A DNA stretch of 64,000 nt from Schizochytrium sp. TIO01 (Eukaryota > Protista > Bigyra: Labyrinthulomycetes): assembly GCA_004764695.1 (NCBI GenBank), contig SMSO01000035.1:930001-994000 (forward strand), in the 5' to 3' direction. The notes below the pieces were generated by a model. It did not search any database and was not told the origin of the DNA. It was given only the letters and a program-made list of their open reading frames with translations. Both the position numbers and the translations under genes were made by a program. Shown in pieces: positions 19,909 to 29,817 of the stretch. How positions within the stretch are numbered: position 1 is the first letter of the stretch; each line of letters begins with the position of its first letter.

Positions 19909-22900
19909 TTACTTGGCCTTGCGGTTCTTCTTCTTTTTACCAGCAGTCTGGAAACCGGCGTCGGGGCCGAAGTCATCACCGCCCACTTTGCCAGCCTTGC
20001 GGGCAATAAATTCGCTGGCGAAGGCAGAGACCTGTGGTGTGGAGCCGAGGTAGTCGCGCAGGTACTCGCGAATATCTGAGGCATCCTCGAGCGAGTAGCA
20101 GAACTCAATAAGAGTCATCGTAGCTCCAATCTTGGAGACCTGGCCCTCACACCACTTGCGCATATCACGAGACATCTCCTTGCCAAAGTTTACGCTGGCA
20201 TCCTCATCAGCTTGCTGCTCGTCAGGCGAAGGCGTAGACTGCATGATGGGTTTGCGTGCCTGGGACATGGCCTGCACGGGCTTTGCCTTAGTGGCACTAC
20301 GCGCAGCTTGAGGAGTGGACGAAGAAACGTTTGTGCGTCCCTTGTGGGCGATGTTCCATCCGTCACCATTGTTGGGCTGAGCAGCGGTGCTAGCCCATGA
20401 TCCAGGGGGTGCACGACTCTGTTGTTGTTGCTGCTGCTGTTGCTGCTGGGCCTGTTGTTGCTGCTGTTGGGCCTGCATTTGCTGCTGCATTTGCTGCTGC
20501 TTCAGCGCAATGCGCCGGGCCTCCTCTTCCTGAATCTCCTTGAGGGAGCGGTTCGAGGAGTTGGGTGCAGATGATGCAGATCCGCCCCACGCCGGCTTGG
20601 CGGGGGTAGCCTTCTTTTTCTTGCCTCCTGGGGCACTCACCCCGAGCATTGCACGAAGGTCGATACTCATCTCGTCCAGAGTGCCTCCGCTGGCGCTGAT
20701 TGGCTTGCTGCTCTCCACGGGCTGGCTAGCTGGTGCCGCGGGCGGGGTCGAAACGGAAGTAGTTCGCGATTGCTGGGACTGGTTCTGCGGCGATGGGATT
20801 GATGAAACAGCAGCAGCAGCAGCGGCAGTAGCAGGTGTCGGCAAGTTGCCGCTGAGACGTCCTCCTGCCACTCCAGCTGCCTGCGCAATACGAGCAGCCA
20901 TAGACTGGCTACTTCCTTCGGGGTGCATACGCGTAGCCTCGCGCTGCTCGAGCTCCTGGATCTCCTTGAGGGATAGCGTACTTGCCGGTGCTGCCACCGC
21001 GACTCCTCCCCATGCAGGTTTCTCCTCTGCTTTGCGTCGCTCTGCTTCGCGACGTTCCTCCTCAAGACGAGCTTCCTCTTCTTCAGCTTCCTTGCGACGT
21101 CTTTGTTCTTCCTCGAGAGCTGCTGCCTGGAGTCTGCGTTGCTCCTCCTGAGCAGCAGCCTCTGCCTGCCGGATGCGCTCCTGGGCCTCCATTTCAGCTT
21201 GGGCCTGAGCCTGGCGTTCTCGTTCCTCCTCTTCTTGCTTGCGCTTGAGTTCCTCTGCCTCTGCTTCGCGGCGTGCTGTTTCCTCTGCCTCCGCTGCTTC
21301 GCGACGAGCCTGCTCCTCCTCCTCTTGCTTGCGCTTGCGCTCTTCTTCCTCCTTTTGTTCCCGCTCAACCCGTTCGCGTTCACGTGCTTCCCATTCGACC
21401 TTTTCCTTCTCGGCACGTGCACGCTCTTCAGCGGCCTGTCTCTGAGCCAACTCTTGCTGCTGCTTTAGCTGAGCATCCTCGCTCGAGCTCTCGGGTTGCT
21501 GCTGGGGCTGTTGCTGTTGCTGGGGCTGGCCATACGGCTGCTGGTGATGGTGCTGCATGCCCAGGTGCATGGGCTGCTGCATGGGCAGGCCCTGGCCCAT
21601 TTGCCAGAACCCACCAGGTTGTTGCTGCTGTTGCTGCTGTATTCTGCGCATTTGAATCTCGGCATCTCCCTCGGCGGTAAATGCTTTGAGGGGATCGGGG
21701 AATTGCTGGCCAAGAGGAACGAACGCTTCGTTGTTGTGGCCTCGGCGTACGAGAAGGTCAGGGTTAAAGTAACCGTGCTCAAGCCACTCACGCATCTCTT
21801 CGGACTTGAAGGGACCCTGCACGTTGCCCTGAGGATCACGGTAGTACCATTCGTTCGAGAGCTGCGGCATAGGGGGGAGCATGGGCGGGATGCCGAGGCC
21901 TCCAGGCAGCTGTTGGTGTTGCTGTTGTGGAGGGGGTGGCATATGGAGACCCTGAGGACCAGCGGGTGGCACAATCCAACGGTTCGAGAGGTCAGGCTGC
22001 TGGTGTTGCTGGGGCTGTTGCATGGGCATCTGATGAATTGCAAGACCGGTCATTTCATGATGTGCGGAAGTATCAAGCCATGGGTTTTGGTTCCAGCTCG
22101 GCTGTTGCGGTTGCAGCAGGTGAGACTGTGCTCCGAGACCCCCTGGACCTCCAAAGCCCAGGGATGGAGCATCCATGGCTTGGCTCGAGCTCGCTGTCTC
22201 CTCAGCAGGCGGATGGTCAACACCATCCTCGAGTGCTCCACTCATACCGGGATCAGCAGTGTCCGCAAAGAATCCGCCACCGCTGTTGCTGCCACCGGCA
22301 TTAGGATCAGTAGTAGCAGCAGCTGAGGCCGACTCTGCTTCATCCTTGCCAGATCCTTCATTTCCTCCGCGAGAAGCAACCATCTCCTCGTGGAACTTCG
22401 ACGCAGCTGCGGCCATGCTCTCAAGACCAAAGCTTCCGCTCATGGCTTCCTCGGAAAATGTACCGCGATCATCAAATGGCTCCTCTAGCTGATCACCGGG
22501 GCCAAACCCGGTGCCACCCAGGCCACCTGCACCTCCCCGCGCACCAAATGCACTGCCTCCCTCTCGGTAAGCTGCGTTTCGGCCCCATCGGTCTTCGCGA
22601 CTTGGAGTCCCAGCCGTCGCCGCGGGATTTCCTGCAACAGCTCCTCCGGCTGCTCCAGGGTAAGTGCGATCAGGAAAGGATCTTCCTGACGAGGGTCCGA
22701 GTCGATCCCATCGACTTCCACCTTCGCCTGTGCGCCTAGGCGGTCCATCACGGTCCGATGTTGCGCTGCTTCCTCCTGCCTGTGGCAAGTCATTCCACCT
22801 GGAGGACGACGCCGTTGTACTTGCTGACGCCTGCACTGCTGCCGATGTGGCTCCAGGTGCTGTTCCTGCGCTTCTGTCTTGGCCTGTCCACCCATGGCTC

Positions 22901-23973
22901 CTTTCCGCTGGCGTTCTTCCTCCAGCCCCAGGTGTTCCATTTCCTGCAAGGCTTCCAAAGCGTCCTCCATCTCTTGCAGGTCCGGACGGTGTTCCACTGG
23001 GACCTCTCCAACTCCCACCTCCATTACCATAGCTGTTAAACCCTCTTCTACCACCACTAGCACCTGCTTCTTGAGCTGCTCCAAGTCCTTCTGGAAGTCT
23101 TCTTCCTCGACCCACCTGGCCTGGGGTTCCTGCTGCTGTTGTTGCAGAAGCTCCACCAGCTCCACCAGCTCCTCCGCGCCGCTCGTGGCCCAAACCCACA
23201 GCGTTGCGAGCTGAGTTCCGCTTCTCAGAATCCTCCTGCCATTTTGCCAGCAATGACTCCCGGTCTAATTTCTCTCCATGTGCCAGCATTAGCGGCACGT
23301 CAGAGAGAAGTCCTCCAGGCACGTGTACAGGGAAGGCAGGCCTTGGTGCAGACATAGGATTGAAAAGGTAGAGCTCCTCGCGGGAGTATTTCAGGCGCGG
23401 AGCGCCATTGCTAGCATTGGTGGCGTTTCCAAACCCTCCCCCAAAGGCAGAATTGGCACTGTTACTGGTGTTAGGGAGCAACGAAGGGTCACGAGGGGAC
23501 TTAGAGCGCTGCTGGTACAGGTTGGCCTGTTCGGTGAGCTTACCACTGCCAGCAGTGGAAGGTGTAGGCACACGACCGATTCGGGCGAGCTTGGTGGCGG
23601 CAGTCTCCTCTTTAGGCCGAGGAGCGGCTATAGGCTTGCCAAGAGAGGCGTATGGCTTCGCGGAGGCAGGCATGGCATAGGAGTCGTTGGGTGTAGGCAC
23701 ACCAGCCGGCACGAGACTGCCAAAGCCGTCGCCGGATGAGGAGGGTAGATGACTGCCTCCAAAGGCACTGTTACCACTGGTGCTAGAGTTGTTATTGCTG
23801 TTGTTGCCACTTGAGGCGGCTTGCGTCCTGCCAGAAGAAAGGCTTGATGAACGCACGAGGCCTACCGCGGAGGCGCCACGAGCGGACCAACCGGGAGCGA
23901 ACTTCATCTTGTTGCGGACTGAGCCGCCTGAGGCAGTGCCAGAGGCACTTGCGGAGTCTTCGCCGTTCTTCAT
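19909..23973 (-). CDS. GYF-domain protein (GIGYF/Smy2/EXA1-like)
   Basis: GYF domain WYYRDPQGNVQGPFKSEEMREWLEHGYF, an E/R/Q coiled coil, PAWGG..SLKEIQE repeats and a conserved C-terminal helical region (WCEGQV..IREYLRDYLG..FASEFIARK). The first ATG is at 23973. A probable 5' UTR intron spans about 23991-24152 (GTACGC..CCAG on the minus strand). Confidence 0.85.
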   Translation of the reverse strand: MKNGEDSASASGTASGGSVRNKMKFAPGWSARGASAVGLVRSSSLSSGRTQAASSGNNSNNNSSTSGNSAFGGSHLPSSSGDGFGSLVPAGVPTPNDSYAMPASAKPYASLGKPIAAPRPKEETAATKLARIGRVPTPSTAGSGKLTEQANLYQQRSKSPRDPSLLPNTSNSANSAFGGGFGNATNASNGAPRLKYSREELYLFNPMSAPRPAFPVHVPGGLLSDVPLMLAHGEKLDRESLLAKWQEDSEKRNSARNAVGLGHERRGGAGGAGGASATTAAGTPGQVGRGRRLPEGLGAAQEAGASGGRRGFNSYGNGGGSWRGPSGTPSGPARDGGRFGSLAGNGTPGAGGRTPAERSHGWTGQDRSAGTAPGATSAAVQASASTTASSSRWNDLPQAGGSSATSDRDGPPRRTGEGGSRWDRLGPSSGRSFPDRTYPGAAGGAVAGNPAATAGTPSREDRWGRNAAYREGGSAFGARGGAGGLGGTGFGPGDQLEEPFDDRGTFSEEAMSGSFGLESMAAAASKFHEEMVASRGGNEGSGKDEAESASAAATTDPNAGGSNSGGGFFADTADPGMSGALEDGVDHPPAEETASSSQAMDAPSLGFGGPGGLGAQSHLLQPQQPSWNQNPWLDTSAHHEMTGLAIHQMPMQQPQQHQQPDLSNRWIVPPAGPQGLHMPPPPQQQHQQLPGGLGIPPMLPPMPQLSNEWYYRDPQGNVQGPFKSEEMREWLEHGYFNPDLLVRRGHNNEAFVPLGQQFPDPLKAFTAEGDAEIQMRRIQQQQQQQPGGFWQMGQGLPMQQPMHLGMQHHHQQPYGQPQQQQQPQQQPESSSEDAQLKQQQELAQRQAAEERARAEKEKVEWEARERERVEREQKEEEERKRKQEEEEQARREAAEAEETARREAEAEELKRKQEEEERERQAQAQAEMEAQERIRQAEAAAQEEQRRLQAAALEEEQRRRKEAEEEEARLEEERREAERRKAEEKPAWGGVAVAAPASTLSLKEIQELEQREATRMHPEGSSQSMAARIAQAAGVAGGRLSGNLPTPATAAAAAAVSSIPSPQNQSQQSRTTSVSTPPAAPASQPVESSKPISASGGTLDEMSIDLRAMLGVSAPGGKKKKATPAKPAWGGSASSAPNSSNRSLKEIQEEEARRIALKQQQMQQQMQAQQQQQQAQQQQQQQQQQSRAPPGSWASTAAQPNNGDGWNIAHKGRTNVSSSTPQAARSATKAKPVQAMSQARKPIMQSTPSPDEQQADEDASVNFGKEMSRDMRKWCEGQVSKIGATMTLIEFCYSLEDASDIREYLRDYLGSTPQVSAFASEFIARKAGKVGGDDFGPDAGFQTAGKKKKNRKAK

Positions 23974-26185
23974 TGTGGCGTTTTCGCTAGCTGGTATGAG
24001 CAAGCAATATAAAGAGAGAGATTAAGCTTAAGATTGAACTACGAGCAGATGCGAACGCAAAAGCTGACAGGAATCAATCAGTCAATTTATCAATCACACC
24101 AAAAGTCAATAAACGGGATGAATGCAATAAGTAGGTGAGCTAGCAGGCGTACCAATGGTGTCCCTCCTTCTCTTCTAAATCTGCTACTTCGTATTCGTGT
24201 TCTGAGTCCACGGCTCCGCTAGAAGATTGAACACAATCTATCTATCTATCCAGCTGGCAATCCTTGAAACCCGTTAATATCAGTCTTCTTAGTTCGCAGA
24301 CAGAAACGATCTGGGAAAGTAAACCCCGGAAAGTCCACTAGAAATTAGTCTGAAAAAGAAATGCAATACGTAGACTGTTGTTATCCAACAGATTGCAACA
24401 GCCAGACAAGCAACAAAGTATGCCAATAGATCGATCAAGACGCACTTCGACCGCCACAAAACCGTGTGGGCTCGAGATGAATATCTACCTATCTACTGGT
24501 CCGTTTCGTTGCGCACCTAGCGGGGCAATACGGCACACGACGACGCTCCAATCGACCTGAATGTCAAAACTAGAGCCGCCGACGCGGTGGTTGTTGCTGC
24601 TCCAATCGAACGATCCACGCGAGAAGCAACCAATCAACCGATCAATATCGAGACGCGCCAGCAGAGGGCAACGTGGAGGCACACCTGACTGAACAGGGAG
24701 CGACCTCGATGCCTATGTGCCTGCAACCTTGCAACCTTACGACCTTGCGACCTTGCGACCTTGCGACCTTGCGAGCGTCTCTTCGCGAGAGAAGACGGCT
24801 CCGTATAGATAGAGATTTAAAGCGAAGAAAGAAAGAAGGAGAGATAACAAAAGAAAGAGAGAAAGAAGAAGGAATGAAAACGAAGAAAGCTGTGCTCTGT
24901 AGCGAATTTAGAGGGCCTTCAAATGACGCTCAAATGCGTAGACCGAGTTTTAGAAGCAGATGTTTCTCACCAACCTCAACGAGCTTTTAGTTTGTGCTTC
25001 CGAGAGTGCTTGAAGGTGCTTTGGCCAAATTCAAGTGCAATAGATGAAGTCCACGGAGGTGAAATTTAATAAGATAGAGAGCTAACTTTCAAATTCAATC
25101 GATCAAAAACTTTGAACAGAAAGAAAGTAGAAAAGAAAAGAAAAGAAAAGAGCAGAAAGAAAGAAAGAAAGAATGAAAGAAAGAAAGAATGAAAAGAGAA
25201 GACAAGCGAAGACAAGAAGACGCCTGGCAACTTCGCTACCCGCCGCCACAGGGCCTGCTGCCGCGGGGTCGCGGCGAAGTCAAGGGCTGGGACGGCCTAG
25301 GGGGTGGCCTCGGTGAAGGTGCTTGCGTCTCTGGGCCAACGCACCGCTTGCTCGCTCCAATGCAGGTGCCGTTCGCTCGCTCGCCGCGACTGCGCTCTGC
25401 CCTGCTGCCTAGCAGGGGCTTCTTATGCCATATTGCTGCTATCTTTCGTGCGTATCCTACCAAACTTCACTTTTCAAATATCTTTTTGACAACTCATGAC
25501 ACTGGTCCTGGTATCAGATTCATGTAACTCGTTGGACGAGACAGTTTTCAAATTTTTGCAGGGTTGGCCCTCCTTCTCCTCTGTATTCTTTGTGTGGAGA
25601 GTTGCCATCACTCGGAGAATCACTTTTCCAACTCGGCAAAATATTAAACTTAGAATAAGCAAGCCCGAGTACAATCTACTCCCAGGGATACATTCGGTCG
25701 TAGTGTGCTTAGACTCGGCTAAATTAATTTGATTTTACTGCAGGTTTTGCAAGAATCGATTTATCCGAAACCCCGTTCCTCCATTGCCTAGGGGTCCTAT
25801 GCGTTTCACATAGGGGCCTTCTAAAGGCCCAAGTGGTACAAAGCGGCCCTAACGTTTCAACTAAGACATGCTTAAGAAGGCCTAATGGAGAAGACAATGC
25901 TACTCCTATCGTTTACACCATCCACGTGTTAGCAATATGCAATTTGAATTGGTGCTTTTGCCTCTTTTGAAAAAAAATTGATTAAAAAATATATATTATA
26001 TCAAACCTTCGTTAGAAACTAAACTTGTTGAACATAAAAACATAAACAAACAATGAAGAATGAAAGAGACTTCAAAATATCCACTGCGTTCCACTCCTGC
26101 AGAAAGAATACTTATATGGAACGGAACGCCAGCCATGGTCTTGTAGGCCACCCCAGCTAGTACAAACCCGTAATGCAGTATAGGT

Positions 26186-26188
<3 letters not shown>

Positions 26189-26218
<30 letters not shown>
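26189..26218. repeat. (GA)15 microsatellite
   Basis: Read directly from the sequence. Confidence 0.95.
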
Positions 26219-26221
<3 letters not shown>

Positions 26222-26901
26222 CTGTTGAGAATGAAAAGTTCTACTGACTAGTCTACCTGCCCACCTAGGGTAAAGCTTTGAATTTCATTTTACTTTAAAA
26301 GTCCTTCTTTTGCCTCTTCTTTTCTTTTTTAACAGCAGGCCGCTTTGAAACAAACAGTTATAACCAAGTCACAATGACTGTTGAATAGATAGACCCTATC
26401 GATCGTTAATAGAGTCAATCGCAGAAGACTCAATCAGACTCGGGGTTCAACCCAAACTCGAGCCACGGTAGCAGGTCCTCCGCTGCTGATGCCAGGCCTC
26501 GCGCAGGGCCCCGAATTGGCTGGCTAGTCGCCTACTGCTCATCTGTTGCCACGGTCCGTCCAAGCTTTCGAGAAGATCCCTCTTCCTTCGAGTCTCGAAA
26601 GCAGTGCAATATAAAATTAGAGATATAGATGTGCTAAGCACGCTCGCTCACTAGCCCCTCTTAATAAACAATAACTTGAAGATTAATCCTTTTAGCCTGG
26701 CTAAAAGAAAAGCTCTGCTCAGAACAGAACAGAACAGAACGTTCTGCCGCTGTTACTAGTAGCTAGCTAGTAGGCAATAGCGACCCGTCTCATCACTAGC
26801 GACGGGCCGTAGCCCTGCTTAGCAGCCAGCACTAGGAGCGGTTTTTCAATTCGTTCCTTTCGATTCAACGCTACAAAGGACTAATTGGAGAGGGTGTTCC
26901 T

Positions 26902-26977
<76 letters not shown>
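26902..26977. repeat. (GATA)19 microsatellite
   Basis: Read directly from the sequence. Confidence 0.95.
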
Positions 26978-26978
<1 letters not shown>

Positions 26979-27414
26979 CAGTGGCGGTCCCTCTGTAGTT
27001 ATAGATAGTAGTAGCTGGGTACGTTAACGACGGCGGAAAGACTTTACTTACTGTACTTGGAAAATCTTCGCTATCTTCGATGATTAATTAAGTCTGTCTG
27101 GGCAGGCAGAGAGCAGAAGAGGAGCGATAATTTGAACTTGAATTTGAACTTGTTCAGGTTGTTTGGCCTCGAAGAAGGCAGAGTTTGAACCAATTCCTTT
27201 GTCAACCACACAACCTCAACGAGCAGATCGATCGACCAGAGCCCGAACCGGTCCGGGCTGCTGAGCAAGCCGGCCTTCGCAGCGGCCCAGGTCGAGACTC
27301 TCTCAGTCAGGTGGGTGGCGGAGAACAGCCCAGATTGGCAGCAGCTTCTTGGGCGTGGTTATTTCAAATGACACGGTCGTGTGCTGATGACCGACCGCTC
27401 GAATTAATGAATTA

Positions 27415-27468
27415 ATTCATTCATTCATTCCTTCATTCATTCGTTCATTCATTTATTCATTCATTCAT
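27415..27468. repeat. Imperfect (ATTC)n microsatellite
   Basis: Read directly from the sequence. Confidence 0.85.
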
Positions 27469-29748
27469 CGCTCTTCTCCCCGCCGATGACCTTTGATCGT
27501 TCTGCGGTCGTCCCCGTTTCACGATGTAATGTGTTCAAATTGTCATTCGGAGGAAGGTACCTCCGCCCTCGAGCTAGAGAGGAATGTGGCGCCAAGCCCG
27601 TTCATGTCCCACACGGACCCAGGCCAGGCAGCGAATTACAGCTTCGCAGCAGCTAGCTCTAGCCAGCTAGCTAGCATGGAGCATCTCCGTCACCGCGCCT
27701 GTGCAGATCACAGGCCTCAGCGCCGCTGGAGATGATCGCCAATATGGACAGTTAGTTGCGGAGCTGCCGATACTGCCCATAGGCGGCCTGTTGCCAGAAT
27801 AGTAGGAGCTCATGCATTTATTTGCCTTGCAACAGTCGGCGACGAATTGGCGACGACATTGCTGCGATGGATGACTAACGCTCTCCGTCTCCTTCTCTCT
27901 CCCCCTCTTTCCCCTTTCTCCGTGGAGGAGAAGAGCCGCTGGCATCGAGGAAGCTTCGCTGGCGAGGCCCGACGGGAGGCTGTTGTCTGGCTGGCTGGCT
28001 GGCTGAGCCGTAGACGTTTGGTAGGCGAGACTGGAAGTTGCTTACAGCGTTTTCTTTTTGTTCTTTTAGCTGCTGGCAAGACGGTTGCACCTCTTGATTT
28101 ACAGGTGCCTGCCTGCCTATAAAGCTTCACGCTCATGCATATACTGACTGTGTGTGATGTTCTCTCATTTTGTAGGCACACTGCTGATGCTGATAGCTCA
28201 GGCCATGCTCGCCTTCCCCTGCTGTGCAGCACCAAGCAGCACAAGCCATGGCATCTTGCTATTTAGTACCTACTTGCTGATGAAAGCTACCCCGGATTTG
28301 ATTGAGATCTGTGTCTTGCCTTGCGTCCACTCTCACAAACAAGGGTATCATGAATTATATATAGGTGCTCAGAGATACCTACGCCTACCTACATGGTTAG
28401 GGAGGAGCTATCTTTTCTTTTTATCAATCATTTTATTTTTGAGTCCAAGCGCTTCTGCCAGAATAAGTAGTAGCCCGTACGACTACCGGACACAGGTAGA
28501 AAGATGAAGGCATTTATTCTCGATGGTGTTAGCATGCCTATAGTTAGAGAGGTACTGGCAAATAGACAAAATTTAGCTTGCATTGTCTAGATGTCAAATG
28601 ATGGCCGGTGGCGATCATGAATGAGAGAGCGTATGTGCGAGGGTCTTTCATTATGTTGACTATGTACAACGAAGAGAAATGGCTTCTAACATGCAAGCAG
28701 GTAGGTAAGTAGCTGAGTTCCCAAAGAGCTGATTGCAAAATTATTGAATATGACAGACAGACTTCCTGTTCCTATCATCTGCGCTTCGTTTAACGCACAA
28801 TTGTTCTGCTGATTTCAAGATTCTTACTGTTTGCCTGAAGTCCATTTTGATACTTCAATCGTGACTGCTTGCAAAGAGACCTAAGATCCAATAATACTAT
28901 GAAAAGTTGAAGAGATAAATAGTTTGTCTTTAATAAAGGCATAGCGCCGACTGATGCGGCAGCAAAGCACATGAGCTTTTGTCCCGTGTATACGTAGCAT
29001 CTTTTAAGAAAATCGGTGGCACGTTTTTTTGGTTTTTTTGGTTTTTTTATTTATTTATTTATTTTAAAATAAATTTGAAATACATATACTGTTTGCTATT
29101 CAGTTCGGTAGTAAAAACCAGAAAATACATTTTTTAAAAGATCTAAATTGGTACCCGATGGCATTAAGATTTGGGATGAAAGGCTTTGCTGACGCAACCC
29201 CTAATTGCTGGATGTAACGTTGCGTTTTCCGAATTTCCATCTCTATGAAAAGTATAACCGCAATTCTACAAGAGTAGGCTGCCTTTCTTGAAACGCACAA
29301 TATTGTCAAAGGCCTTCTGCAATTTAAATCGAAGCAGTACTTAGTTCTTTCGTACCCCATATCCCGTATGTACATTTGGACCATTTGCACGCAAAGAGAA
29401 GGACTTCAATTAGCCACTCGCGTAAGAAATAACAATCATTGTGTGTTTTATTGGATGTGCAGAACATACCGGATTTCCTATGCACAATATTTACCTTGCC
29501 AGCAAATAACTCTCGACTTTAGTCTTTTTCAAGTCTGCAAATGATCGATCCATTAAATATAGGAATAGTAATAATAAAGGGAAGTTCATTTTGCAAAGAA
29601 AAAGATATTGAATTTCGTTCGATTAGATTACAAGAAAATTGCAGCAACAAAGCAGAACCTGCTACCTAGTACTATCTATATAATGCTGATTTATCTGTTT
29701 CATTTTGATTTTGATTTTAAAAATTAAAAAGTTTTTAAATATTAAATA

Positions 29749-29776
29749 TATCTATCTATCTATCTATCTATCTATC
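29749..29776. repeat. (TATC)n microsatellite just upstream of the CC2D1-like gene
   Basis: Read directly from the sequence. Confidence 0.85.
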
Positions 29777-29817
29777 TCTCAACCTATCCAAAATGAATTC
29801 ACTCTCGACCTGCTACC

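Noticed and set aside
20190-24025. Many overlapping ORFs (up to 276 aa) within the GYF gene
   Set aside because: Alternative-frame products of GC-rich, low-complexity coding sequence.
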